This document shows, piece by piece, positions 38,101-53,100 of a DNA stretch of 64,000 nucleotides. Made by a program: the position numbers and the translations under genes. The notes beneath the pieces are model-generated. The model saw nothing but the letters and a program-made list of their open reading frames with translations, did not search any database and was not told where the DNA came from. Position 1 is the first letter of the stretch. Every line of letters begins with the position of its first letter. Location: the NCBI GenBank assembly GCA_030265395.1, contig JARFYF010000046.1, forward strand, positions 18,985,378-19,049,377, given 5' to 3'. The DNA is from Rhina ancylostomus. Lineage: Eukaryota.

Positions 38101-41100
38101 GTTGTTCTTTGCCCTGGGCCTTTCTCTCACTGGTGAGGAATTCATTGAACGTACTGGTGACTCCAAACCATATGCATTCAGTTCCAACCGTTCATCACTG
38201 TTATTGGTATATGAAGAATAAAATGAGAAGACTACAGTAGTTTTGAAACACGGATTTAACTAAGTTCTATCTTTCAAAGACTGAAATCAAGCCCATTAAC
38301 AGCCAGAATAAAAACAGAAAGTGCTGGACCATAATGGTTGCTGGAAATATTCAACAGGACTTGCAGCATTCATGGGGAGAAAAAAGTCACCATTTCATAT
38401 TGATGACTTGTCATTGATTCTCTCCACAGCTGCTGCCTGACCGGCTTTGTATTTCCAACTTTTTCTGTTTTAATTTTAGATTTCCAATATTTGCAGGTTT
38501 TTTTTAGTCACATCTCCCCATATTATATTTTTTAAGCTTTCTTTTCTCTCCAATGTTCTCTGGTTGATTGTTAATGGTGACAAATCATAGAACAGAATTT
38601 CAGATTCCAGGCAGTATAGAAACATCCAAGTTTTCTCTCCGAATATGCAAGTCAACAGGATATTCAAATATAATTCTACTCACCCAAAACTTCCCAAATA
38701 CAGAGGTAGCAAAAGCCTTTAAAGTATAACTAGCCAGCCAAATCAGGGACCCAAGATAAGTGGACAGTCAAAACAATTCAATAATTTCTTTCCTAATTAA
38801 TGTTGAGAGAATTAAACAGAGTATCGCACCTCTTTTTTTCCACAGCAGTAGGACTACCTAACCCATGCGAGGATCCTGAACCATCGTTTAGGTACAGCCA
38901 CCACATATCTTTCACATCAACAGCTGGCTGATAAAGCTTCATCCAATCTTGTTCCGACATTGAAGCCTCCTGGTCAGTTTCATTCCTTCCAGGCGACAGA
39001 GGCATTTCTTTACTCATTCCACATTCACTCAGTTCATTATTGTATTTGTCTTCCAGGTTATGATTCTCAACAGTCTTTGCTGTTTCTTTGGTTGATATAA
39101 TAGAGGTTGTACTTGGCTTTGAACAAAGAGGGTGATGGTTGTCTGTTGATGTGCTGAATATGCTACCTTTGCAATGGGAAGAAGTGTTGCAGCTGGGACT
39201 ATGGTGATCAGTATTTATATATGCTATGTTCTCATGTTCCATGATGCCAGCATCAGCAGATCCTTCAAATCTCCATTTTTGCTTCCTTGCCACTTGCTGC
39301 ACGTTGTTTTCTCTTCCCTGAGGTGAGCCACAATCATTTGCACTTGTATACCTGCAGTTTTGCTTTGGCGCAACATATTTTGTAGGCTTCTTATTAGAAT
39401 CATTAGCATTACAGTGAAGATTATGGGTCTTGAATGTCAGATTTCCATTAGTACACTGATCAAATTCAAGAGGAAAGACAGCTTGAACATTTGCACAATC
39501 CGAAGAACTATAATTTCTACAATTGACAGTATTGCGTCCTTCTGTGACTAATAAGTGGCCCTGTTCTTTGGTACTAATTGGAATTAATTCAGCGTCATGA
39601 TTCTGGGTTGACTTGGCTGCTTCTTCTATATGTCTATTGGTCATGGATTCTTTTTTATGATCTTTGGCTGGATCCTTTTTCCATTTTTTTAAGACCATGT
39701 CATTTTTACGTTCTTGCCCCTCTACCTTATTCTGTCCATTGTTGTTCTGTGCAATACATTTGGAGTCTGAGAAAAGTCTACCGGAACTAAAAGAAAAAAA
39801 AAGTACAACAGGAACAATGGTAAGGTTAACTTCTGGTAGTCCCTTCATTTTTTTTCTCCCAAATGTTGATACTACTGAAATCTCAAAATAAAACAAGTTG
39901 CACTGAAGGAACTATATGGGTACACATGAAAATGTCACTTCAAATTAGAAAATCCATATTCTAACACTATATGGAAGTTTCCATCTTTATATGCTTAAGA
40001 TGTAATCTACAGAAAAAATGGAATAGGCAAATCCAAATATTGTCAGAGTAGAAATTCTTAATGTTATGTTTTCAATATTCAGTATCCACTATGAATTAAA
40101 TTGAAACAAACTCTCAATTTTAGAAAAAGCCACTCCAAACATAAAATACACATTAAAGAAGTATTCATAGACATCCTATTCATCGGTCACCAGCAGTAAA
40201 TATGCAATATAGTTACAGCTATGCATTATACTCTGCTATCAAACTTCTGTTCCATTGTTTTATTATCATAATTTCAAAAGTTAATGATGTTATGTCTTAA
40301 CCATAACTGTTAATTATTAAAATGATCTAATGGACAATTGGCTTCAGAGTCTCATGACCCAAAAAGAAAAATATCAAATAGGGGTTTGAATTCCCAATTG
40401 ATTTACACATGCAGAGTTCACTCCAAGTGTGGACAAGATCATGCTTGTCCATGACCAGAGCCAAACAGGCTTCACCAAAAAGGGCACAGAATTCTTCAGG
40501 ACTTTTAGTAAAATGATTCACATTGACAGTTCAGCACCAGAGAAAATAGGAACTGAATATTGAAAACATGATGTTAAGAAATCTACTTTGATAATATTTG
40601 GATCTGTCTATTCTATTTTTCCTGTAGATTACAAAAAGTCCCATGTCTCTATAGCTCAACTTCATTCACTCACCTTTTTTCTTTTTGTACTTCGGTGATC
40701 GGAGTCTTGGAAATTTCAATTCACTCAGTATCAACTACAGCCTTTAGAGGAGTCTTCCTGATTTCCATTGTCCTTATGTGAAAATTGCATCCTCATTTAC
40801 TCCTAATTGAGCTAGCTTTGTTTAAGACTACATCCCCTATTCTAAACTTCACATTACATAAAATAGCCTGTCTGTAATTCCCCAGCCTGTATCTTTTTAA
40901 ACAACTTGGTTGGATCACAAACTATGTAAAGATGGAAGGATTCAGAAATGCACATAAGAAACTACCTAACTTTCCTTAGTGCCCAGTCATGTAATCCAGC
41001 AGGCCAATCATTGACTCGAAGATGTAAAGACGACTTCAAAGAAACACTTTAAATTTTTTTGCCCTCTAAAATATGAACGAGGTCAAAATCAAACACTCCC

Positions 41101-44100
41101 CTACTGCCATGAAACAAATGAGATAGTTACTTCTATTCTAATGTGGCTTGAGAAACCATTCATCATTAATGACATGAAACATTGTTCACATGAATGGACA
41201 TAGCAATGCCACTTCTTGGTTGAGTTACTAAATATCTAACTAAAGCCAACCACATGAGGACACCAATGAGGTAGATGGAGAAGCATCTGAACTTGTACAC
41301 TGCACAAAATATTATAAAAGATTCAATATTATGAGTTTTCATCTTGGAGAGACCGGAAGCTACATGCTTGCCCCAAAAACCAAAGGAAATATTACAGTCA
41401 CATTAGATCTNNNNNNNNNNACCATAGAACAGATTCAGAAACTTAATACCACACTTCCTGAAACTTTCTTCATCTATAATGTGAATGTTAATGAGTCATT
41501 ATTTAATTATCTTCTAATAAATAAGGCCACTATAAACACATCCACTTACACTTCATAAAATTATATTTATATGTGGCACACAGCTGTAGATTCAGTAGCT
41601 TGTGCTAGTTTCAACCAAGACACAGTTATGATGAGCCCTTTCAATGCATTAAGCAAAAAGGCATTGAGCTGATGAGGACAGTATGGGATGGCGCTGGTAC
41701 TGAAAGTGATATTTAAAATTGACAAAATCAAATTTTTATGCCTACCTAATTTCAAGAATTTTCTCTTCCTGTTTTTGGATCAATTCCTGAGAACTTTCAA
41801 GATTCAAATGAAGAAGCTGCAAGTCATGTTGTTGCTTTTCATTTACCTGATCATAAGATACAGAATTGCTACATATCAAATCATAGTTAAGATTAGATAC
41901 AGTACATAACTTTTTACACAAACTTCTGGTAAGGGAAAGGTAAGGGAAGGGAACATATGTTTGTATGCTAGAATGAATTAAGAAAATAGCCTTTATTAAT
42001 TTCATAATTTTGGTTCATGAATACAGAATCAGTTTCTGTACATTGTCAACGATGTATGCACGCTTCAATGCAATGTATCCAAGATCAATTGTAATATTTT
42101 GTTTTAACAGTTCAGTTAAGTAACCAAGAAATTATTAACTACTGAATCTTATGTATTCAACACAGAGCAGATATTCTGAATGCTCAAAAGATACCTGTAG
42201 TGCAAAGGGAATGTTAGATAAAGATGGGAAAAGCCTAGATGTAGCAAGACATTAAATTGCTGAAACTGCAGAATAAAGATTCAACGGATATCGACTTCTC
42301 AGAATAAAACCATAAAGTATGCAATTGAAATATCACCATCCACCTGATACCACTGGTGGCTCCTGATTTGAGTAACAATTTCATATGTTATCATTACTTA
42401 CTTAAAAATAAAGAAATCTTTCAGTATTATAGAAAAACTGAGACAACGATCCAAGTTTCATGCTGGGTAACACAAATCCACCCTGTGTATTGGCTTCCCC
42501 TTCTAAGAATTTGGTTACAGTTCAAGGACTGCAACTTTCCCGTTGTCACAAACCCATTGGGGAGCACAGCAGCAGGGATCATTGATAAGCCTAAGGAACC
42601 CCTATAATCCACTATAAGTTTTGTGCTTACTAACCAAAGCACATAATCTCATTGTTCAAAACAAAGAGCATAATAATTAAAGATAGTTCTTTCTAGAATT
42701 GCCACATTGGAATGTTTGGTTTAAATATTAATTGGGCTTTTATGCTCAGCTTCTTATGTTATATCCGTACCATAAATTGATAAAACATCAACCAACAGCC
42801 AATGATTTACCTCCCTGAGCAATGAAAGAAGAAAGAAAAATAAAACATTTAGGAAATAAAGCATAAAGACCAAAAAATAAGAGTCAGGACAGTAAGAAAG
42901 TGCATCAACAAAAAAAATGACAGAATTGAAAAGAACATTAGTAAGAATAAGCAGGGGGAAAGATAGTTGTAACCAAGCTATTATTCATCCTTAAGAAGTT
43001 ATTTTGATGGGTAGACGTGTGAAATCCATAAACATTTCTGATCTGTAGAAACAGTAGCCCATTATGATCAGTAACAGTGGAGTATCCAGTGAAAATGCCA
43101 ATGTACTCACCTCAAATCCTTTCCACCATCCATAATACAAAATGACACAGAACTTAAGATTGAAGGAGTAAGGGGTTAAATTATGACATACTGCACAAAC
43201 TTGGCTAGTATTCAAAGAAGCCTGCTCACCACTACCTTCCTGCAGGCAATAGGCATGGGCAATAAAAGCTAGGTTTGTCAATAAAATCTCCTTCCCGTAA
43301 ATGGTCAGAAGAAAACTTAGTTTCATAGCAATCGCAAGAAACAAGTCAAAAGTCTTGTTTGAATCTGAATCTGAAACAACAAACAGTCTGCTGGAGGAAC
43401 TCAGTGGGTTGAGCAGCAACTGTATATCCAGTCCATTTTCTATCAATTAAGTATTCATCCAATAATTAATCAATCTCTATCAATTAATCTACAACAGAGT
43501 CAAATAAAACATGATAACACTGATTGGAGTCAGTCTGAAAGAATCAGTCACCTTTAACAATGTTTACCACTTAGTAGGTGGGCTAACATCACTATACAGC
43601 ATTAAAAACATACTACTTACATAAAAAGTCATTTTCTAAAAGTCTAAGTTGCACTTCTAAAGTGGCAAAGTTGCTTTACAACCTGTAACTTATTACCTTC
43701 TCACATTAACAGTACTGTAGGTGACAAGACCGACATAGGGACAAGTGTAAAAACTAAATAAAACACAACCTGTTTAGTTATATTTCTCTAGCTCTTAGAG
43801 TGAGATTCTATTATGGTCCTCCAATGGTGTGTACCATCTGATAACCTACACACTGCATTTCATGGAGACTTTGTTCATGTTAATTATCTGCCCCAACAGC
43901 CATGATGAAAAATAGTTTGTAATAATGCTGCATGGTAATGAGAAGCTTTCGAGAATCTCATTGGCTTTGGCAAGGGCAAAACATGGTGGTGCAGATCACC
44001 CAAGCTTCTTGAGAGGAGGACGTGCATTTTTCCCCAGTTCAATTTCTAGCTCTAAAATTATGTGTTTTACTATTATAGTACTGTATACCGTGCTTCAAGT

Positions 44101-47100
44101 CCTCTGTTCAAATTTCTCTTAAATTGGCTGGTATAAATAGCACAAAAGATCTGGCCTGAAAGAGTGCATTTCTCCTTCTAATTTGGGTCTTTCCTCTACC
44201 TAGCTAATGACATAATTATGATCAGGAACTTGATGTGCAACAATTCCAGGGAATATGACTTAGTCTACAGCAAAGTCTGTGACACAGAAGCGTGACAAAT
44301 ATTATTGTGCTCAGTTAGAAAGTCAGAGCTATAATGTTTGGGATGAACCAAGATGTTTCAACTACAATGGTACTCCACTTATCAGAAATGAAAAAAGGAA
44401 ATCAGGAACCTACAGGTCTGTCAGTTTAACATCAGTCAGAATGATGCCAGGGATTAGCAATTTTAAATATGTCAAGTTGCACTGTTTTTTTAGAATTTAA
44501 AAGGGTAACAGAATGGTCAATTTAAAATAACCAAGAGATTTGACAGAACCAGTCTATTTAGGAAATCAAGAGAAACTTCTACACTAATGGAAATCCAGAA
44601 AATTATTGTTAGATCCATCAAGAAATAAGGTGGGTCAATGGATTTAAATTGGAAGGACTCAAGAACCTAAACAACTGGTAACATACCAATGACACCCAGA
44701 CTTGGTAACTAATCTTGTTGAGGATTCATTATCTATTCATTTGTTTTACATGATCAATCAAATTACTGAATATTCCAATGAATTTGGAAATCAATTACAC
44801 TTATACACACAATGGTTGAGTACAACCTTCCTTTTTTGTTCATCTGACTACTTCATAGTAAATTTGTTATACAAAATTGAATTACTGATGTAATTAATAG
44901 ATTTCAGATGACCTCACCTGCCGAAGACCATGCAGTTCAGTGTCAGCTCGCTCCTGTTTAGATCTTGCCAGTTCCAGAATCTGATCTTTTCTCTTCTCCC
45001 GTTCAACTAAAATGGAATTGCAAAACCAGGTACTAACTTTTTTCTTTAATATAAATTTGGCATGCAAAAATCACTAAAAATATTGGAAAATGAAATGCAA
45101 ATATAGCAAACCATTATTTTTGCATTCTGCATGGACAAACTATTTCCGTAGTTTCAGTATTCACATTAAAATTGTTATTTTGTATCTGGGCAGATGAAAA
45201 TAAAGTAAAAAAATTGCATATAACACATATTTGAATATAGGAATTAGGAGCAGGAGTAAGCCACCAGGCCCCCTCTCTGAACTTTCTCTGAAGAACTCTG
45301 CATTTATTAAGATTGTGGCTGATCTGTCTGCAGTAACTTTACACTTACTTATAAAGAATCTATATTTGTTTTACTAACTTTTACCTCAGGAACATTCTTC
45401 CAATGCATTAACAGTATTTCTTAAAATAAGACCAGTAACGTACACAGTAGTCCAAATGCGGTCTCACTCATCCCCGACTTTTGTATTTAGTTCCCCTAGC
45501 TACAAACAGTAACATTCCATTAGCTTTCCTAATTACCTGCCATTACTGTACACTCTCCTTTTGCAAATCATGCCCTAGGACACCCAGATCCTTCTATATC
45601 TCAAAGCTCTGCAGTCTCTCACTATTTTGATTAAATGCTCCTGTTTCATTTTTCCTGTCAAAATGGATAATCACATGTTTTCCCACATTTGGTTCTCCAT
45701 TTGCCTGATCTTCACCCATTCACTTAACCCATCTATATATTTCCTTGGCCTTATGTCCTCTTCACAACTTACCTTCCTACCAATCTTTCTGTTGAGAAGA
45801 CATTGGCTTTAAGATGATTTAGCAAACCAACTCAATTTATTTTTGAAGCAGTCAGATTCAAAATAATTGCTCAAGAATTCTGGAGGGTATTGCTTCCACC
45901 TTAACCTTTAATATATTAATCAAATTGATAATAATTTGATTAATAATTTATATATTTATTAATGTAGTGTGCCCTTTGATTAATATAGAACAATACAGCA
46001 CAGGAACAGGGCCTTCATCCCATGATGTATGAGCTGAACATGATGCTGAATTAAACTAAATCTCTTCTGCCTGTGCATGATCCATATCCCTCCATATTAA
46101 TGTGTTTAACAGCCTCATAAATGCCACCATTGTATCTGCTTCCACCACTACCCCTAGCAGCCCATTCCAACACCTAACACTCTCTGTGTAAAAAAAATTG
46201 CCCCACAGATCTCCTTTAAACTTTTCCCCCTATTACCTTAAATGCATGTCCTCTAGTATTTGTCATTTCCACTCTGGGAAAAAGACACTGACTGTCTACC
46301 CTGTCTTTGTCTTTCATAATTTTATAAATTTCTATCAAGGAATCATAATGGAAAGGAAAGAGGAGCATCATACCTTGGCCCTTTGGTCACTGAATAAGGA
46401 ATTAGGTGCGGGAGTACTGCATTGTTCTCTCCCCAAATCCTAGAATACAGGGCTATTTGGACTGATTTGCTGCTATCATTGGTAGAATCAGCAACAATAC
46501 AGACAAATGACCAACATGGAATCCGTGATGGGTCACAAAATACCCTGTAGCAACTACAACAGACGGAAGTACCCTTGTTATTTCTATAAGATTATTTACT
46601 TACCAGCTAATGCAAGCTCATTTCCCAGATATTGTCTTTCTTGTTTAAGGCGAATTATTTCTTCCCTTTGCTCATTATTTTCTACTGTTTTTTCATCCAA
46701 CTCATCTAAATAAAAAAAAAGGATAAAACGTTTGAGTGGAGTGGTGAAGATACTGCAAATAGGACAGAAAATGTTATGTTCAAAGTGGTGAGGAGTTGTA
46801 CAGTTTGATGTTTATAAAGAGGGTCTATCTTTAAAACATTAGCTTTCTCAATCCCAGGCAAGTAATGACATAAACATATTTACAGTTTCAATTTGCTTTT
46901 GAGAGAGATTACCAGTTAGGGTCAAATTCTTGAATTTATTTGCTTTACAATTCGTATCTTCGTTAATTTTTTTTCCACCATCACCAGTGCCTTTCATTTA
47001 GTTCCATCCTTCCTGATATTAATGCATCTTGATACTGTAATCCCACGAGTCCAGAAGCTATCCTGACAGTAATCTCCTTTGTGTGAATGTGGAGAAAGCC

Positions 47101-50100
47101 AAATGCAAATTATGCTGTTGAACCTCACAGATAAGCTGAAATCAAGTAACATACATGGCATTTGTACTTAGTAAAACTCCAATAATCTGCTGTCCAATGA
47201 TTTGAAAATCCCAGTGGTTTGGCACTGGCTCACCAAATGATGTTTGCCATGCTCCCTTTCCATTGACTGGGGCCGCTGTTCCTCTGCCCTTTCAACTCAC
47301 AGGGTCCCAGGTTCCCACACTCCTGTTCAACTCGCCACTCCTCTGCTTCCCGTGCTCCCATTCAACTTGCAGGGCCCTGGTTCCTGCACTCCTTTTCCAT
47401 TCACATGGAACCAGATTCCCATGCCCCCTTCCCACTTACTGCAGCACTTGTTCCTGTGCTCCATTTCAACTCACCAGGGCCCCAGTTGCTACATTCCATT
47501 TTCCACTCACCCCAGTCCATTCCTGTACTCAATTTAAACTCACTGTGGCCCTTATTCCCATGCTCCACTTAAGCTTTAACTGGTTCACTGAAAAATTTAT
47601 TATAAGACCATTATAACAGGTATTTGAGGTATTAACAGAAATAACATCCAACAGTCTGAAATGTCTGGTAGTCCAACACCAATGTCCTGAGCAGTCTTAC
47701 TCTATTTGACCAAATACTGTGAGAATATTGGGAGATGACAATCTTATCTGATCCTTAACAGTATTCTTTGCCCACAGATAACCAGGTCAATAACAGTAAT
47801 TCTACCTAGATATATTTATTTTGCTGGATACTCTCAAATTCACAAATAAACAAGCCACTTTGACATGAATTTTGAAGTTTAAAGAGTGCAATACATAGCA
47901 ACATTACACATCTACGTATTTATTTATTCTTGTATGTACTACTAAATATAAAACAGAAATGCTTCCATAAGCTACACCCAATTAAATGGTTGACAGAAAG
48001 AGAATGAATGGTATTTATAAATAAGAATAACAAAAACAAAATGTAATTTAAATCAAACAGAATCTTGTTTTATAACAGCAGCTTTGCCTGTGTACCTTAT
48101 AATATCAAATGTTCCTTTTAGAATGCAGTGCTTTTTATAGTCATTAGGAATCAGTGGAGCTCTATCAACCACTGATTAGAATATATAAATAAAAACTGTT
48201 TCATTTTAACATTTTACCAAAATGCTTTTAATTTATCACTTTAATTTTGCTAAATACTGATTTGCCAACACAATCTTAATGGATCTCCTCTAAATTCCAT
48301 TAAACCCAGAGATTAAGCTTTTCCAGAAATACAAACCCAAACAAAATCAAATCAATAATTTCAACCATGGCTCTTTTACATCTAAGTCAAAAGGTGATGG
48401 GCTTCAGTCTCTCCCCAAATATCTGATCCAAAAAATCTAGGCTGAAAATATAGTGTAGAGATAAACATAACACCTCATCTGTTCTCTTACTTTGATGTAA
48501 AAGTTTCCATGAGAAAAAAATCAAGTGCAAAATGCCACACTTAGGCAATATTTATCCTTAAACCAACATCATTAACTTAAAACAAAACATTTGCTTGTGA
48601 GCCACCTTCTACATCAGAAAAGTAGTGACACCTCAGAAAGCACTTTAGAATATCCTGAGGTATTCTAAATTCTCCTCTCCAAATCCTTTCCCACAATAGA
48701 TTTTCTCAGTCTATATGTATCTCTCCTTTCCATTTTATGCCTCCCATTCAACAAAGTCATTCTTCCCCCTTTCCTCCAATAGGTCTTCTCTTTCTTTCTT
48801 GTGATCCTCTACCAATTTTGGGTAGGAGTTTTCAAGAGAAATTGTGTCACCATAGCCTAATTCACTTTCTGGAGTTACAATCAGAACCAGAGGGGAGAAA
48901 GGAAGAGAAAACAAAATAAAATCTAATAAGTTCAGCACATATCTCTGTAACATAACAATAAAAACACAACAGTTAATAATCACTTGTTACTGCAGTGTGA
49001 ATTTGTTGTCATATAAATGCTTAAATTTTGCACTGTTATTCTCCATAATACATTTATTAACATCAATTCCTAAACTATAGTAATTTACAACCTACCCTTA
49101 AGCTTGCAGATTTCATGTCGTAGTTTCTTTGAGTGTTGTTTGCAATCATGAACCTCTTTCCTTGAATTTGTCTCATTTAGCCTGGCTTCTCGTAGTGCAC
49201 CCTCCAAGGTTTTAAACCTAGCTGTAAGGTCCATGATGTGATTGGTAGCTTCGACCATATCTTTGTCCTAGACAAAATGCATCAGCACCATGGTTATTGC
49301 AGCATTATGCAAGCAAACATATGGAACAGCTTCAAGATAGTTTATAATTTTTTTAATAATACCTTATATTTGCATTAATTCAAGTGATTTGTATTGATTG
49401 CCTCAGAAAAGACAAGGAATGCAGCCTGTGGAAGAGAGCTGACTGACAGCAATTTCAGGATTTCTATGTTCAACTGTATATTGTGGAAATCCTGAAGGTA
49501 ATGTCACTTTCAGACTGTAAGTATGGCAAATAATAATGTTATTGTTATTGCTCCTAAATCCAGATCTCGATGTCAAACAAAAGAAAATTTAAAACTTCAT
49601 GGCATAAAACCAGAAAATGCCAGAAACACTCAAAGTCAGGCAGCATCTATGGGGAAAGGAAGTTAATGCTTCTGGCTAAAGGTCCTTTGTCAGAAATGGG
49701 CGACAAAGAAAACAAGGGAGGGATGGTGACAGAGGGCAAGAGGACATCAGAGAAACAGAGTACAAAATTTCAATAGAAATCAATAATATTTGGTCTAACA
49801 ATAACACATCATTCATTCCATTGACTCCTGATATTTTATGGAAATATTTTCTAGATTCTTATAGATTCATATAAGATTTCTTATACTGGAGAACATAGGA
49901 GGTTTATTATACATCCCACTGATCACTTTCAGTACCTTTAATTCTAGCATTGTAGTGAGCTCCTGTTCACGTGCATGTAACTGTCCCACCTGGGCAGACA
50001 GCTCCATCACAGAGGAATTCAGACTTTTGTTCCTGTCCTGGTTGAGGCAAGTAGAATCCATCAATTGATTTTAAATTTACATTTATGGGACAAAAATGTT

Positions 50101-53100
50101 AATGATTTGTGTTTTTTTTTCTGCTAGCAGTCTTACCTCTAGCTCTTCACAGTTGCTAGCAGACTCTGCTGCTTTTTCAGACATTTCCTTTAACCTTTGC
50201 TGGGTGCAGTTGAGTGTTTTTAGACAATCAGCTTGTTGAGATTCCAAAATCTTTTGTTGTGTACTTAAAGTTCTGATGATCTCGTTCCTGTTTCGCAGTT
50301 CATCTATTAAACACAATATTATTAACTTATAAACTAATTTATAATAAGCACTAATGCATTTCCCTTTGCACATTACTGATCTGTGAAGAATGCTTTTCTT
50401 CTAAGTCTATAAGCATGTTTTTTTCTGGGGAGTATTTTACAAAGAATAAGTTATACTCAGTACCCCATGGATCAACCCCTTGTGCTGAGACCATGTCCCA
50501 CAGCAAAACAGGATTAATTGATAATTAAGGGAGCTTTGGGGAGTAATGAACAGAGTACAATAAAGTTTAATTAAAGTTAAATAAAGCAAACTACAGAGGT
50601 ACAAGGCCTGAGTTGGTTATGGTAGAAAGCCCACTAAAATGCATGACAGTGAACAACCAATGGCTAACATTTAAAGAGGTAGTAAACAGTTTCCAAGTAC
50701 ATTTTAAGGCATAACAAATCCAAAAGAATAAGTGGCTAGCCATGCCTATCAAGTAAAGGTGATACTTCTACAGATATGTCAAAAGGAAAAGATTTGCTGA
50801 AGCTACAAAACACTCAGAAAATCTCCCAGATATAGAGGAAAACGACAACTTCAGTGTGAATGAGAGCAAAGAAATAAGCATTAATAAAGACTAATATTGG
50901 CAAAACTAATGGACTAAAAGGCAATGAGGTTTTGACAGAGGTGGCTATGGAAATCGTGGAAGCATTAGTCCATGTGTGTTCCTAACTGTTTGCTCTATCT
51001 GTATGTTTGTTTTGTGATTCATGAACAGCATAGTTTCATCAAGTTAAAAATCCAGTTCTACTTTTCCCAACATAAATTATCTCATAAATTCTCTACAGCA
51101 ATGTGTTATTGGGTGTTTCAAGGCAATAGCACATCTCAGAACAGAGATAATTAACTTCTGCGGATAAGACACTGAGATACAGTCTAAACTTTTAAAAGTA
51201 CTAACGCTCCACTTTGGCACATCTCTCTTCTAGGCTGAGTATGCGCAGGCGATCCTCCTCCCATGCCAGGAGCTGCTTCTGATGTGCAGCCACCATTTCA
51301 TTTAACTCTTTATCCCGATCTTTTAGTTCTGCTACAAGCAGCTGTAATTCATTGCGTTGTTTCTGAATGGTAGTATTCTCCAGATCCACATTTGTACTCT
51401 GGGAATAAAAAGGAAATGTCATAAGAAAGATTGTTTATAGTATATTTTTGAGTATTTGAAAAAGCATTGTTAGACTTTCCTTAGAAAAAAATGGAATATC
51501 ACTGATTACAATCCTAGTTGAGTTATTTATGGCAACAATATATTAATCCATAATCCTAATGGAAATCAGGGCAACTCTATTCATTATTCTCCAAAGTATA
51601 TAGAGTACACCACAAAATGAGAATCATCTACTTTACCTGTACATTCTGTAAATCAAAGTTCCCATAAAGCGTTTGATTATTCTGGTGAATATAAAATGAT
51701 TTATGTGGTTCTAATCCTAAACTAACAATTTAATTTGCAAAATCATTTATCACAATGTTTCAGGTGACTTTTAGATAGAGATTTAATTTGCATCTAAATG
51801 TCCTGATTAGTTTTTATTCTGGATTAACATTTTAGTAAATTGGGCAGAAGAGATAAGAAAGAAAAATAATTCAGAGTCACAGGATACAGTTTTCAAATTA
51901 TTTCAACAATCACCCTGACCATTCAGGTTTTCAGCCTAACTGAATCACAGTGAACTGTTCCCCAAATGGGCAACTGCATTTAATCCTCCCAACCTCATTT
52001 CTGTTATAGGGCCAGCTGTTCAGCCTATCGATGCTATTCTACTATTCATTTATATTTTGGCTGCTATGTACTTCATTTTCATTTCCCTGCATAAGAATAG
52101 GAATGGAATTATTGCATAGAGCCCACTGAGCCTGCTCCACCATTCAATCTTGGCTTCATCTCCACTTCCCACACCATTTCCCATATCCTGCAATGTCCCT
52201 ATGCAATAAAACTCTAATAATCTGCTATATGACTATTCAGAAATCCAGATGGTTCAACACCTCGTTCACAGATGATGTTTCCTGTGTTCCCTTGAACCTC
52301 ACCGGAGCTCTTGGTTCCCACAACTTCCCTAAAAATCAAAAGGGTTCCCATTCCCATGCTCCCCGAACCACATTGGGGTTCCCAGTACCCACATTGCCCT
52401 GAATCGCACTGGGACTCCCATTCCCATACTCCCTTCAAATTTACAGGGTTCACCGGAAAATTTATTACAATATTATGCAACATCTAAAAAGAAGGAATTT
52501 AAAGTAAAAGTATTGGAGTAGCAGTCTAGAAAATCCGCCTGTCCAGCACCAACCAAATCCTTAATGTGCCGGATTATCAGAATTTTACTGTAGTCTAATA
52601 ATCTGTCCAAGACTTGAATACATTCAATGATTTGTCCTCCACGGCTCCTTGGGGGAGGAAAGTCCAAAGATTCATGATCATCTGAGATAAGAAATTCATC
52701 AGCATCTTCAATTTAAATGAGCAATCTCTTAATCTGAAACTACGTCCCTTTCTTCTAAATTTACCCTCCAGGAAAACAGCGTTTTAGTCTTAGACATTAC
52801 AATATGATTACCTTTCAATCTTCTTAGCCAATGAGTATAGACTTAATCTGCTGAATCTTTCCTCATAACACAGCTCATTTATTCCCAGAATCATTCAAGC
52901 AAACATCCTCTAAAATTCCCTCTTAGACAAAGCTGTACACAATCCTTTAATCTCACCAATGCCCTGTACACTTGCTGAAAAATTTCCCCAATTTTATACT
53001 CCATCCCCCTTACATTAAAAGCCAACATCCTTTAATATCCTTACCTCACCAAAAACTGACAATCTCTATGTTGAAAATTACAAATTCCAGATTTTTCCTA

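Noticed and set aside
47244-47616. ~30-bp periodic repeats resembling a CRISPR array or repeat-protein ORFs
   Set aside because: Eukaryotic intron, degenerate units without unique spacers, no cas genes; explained as a MITE-internal minisatellite.
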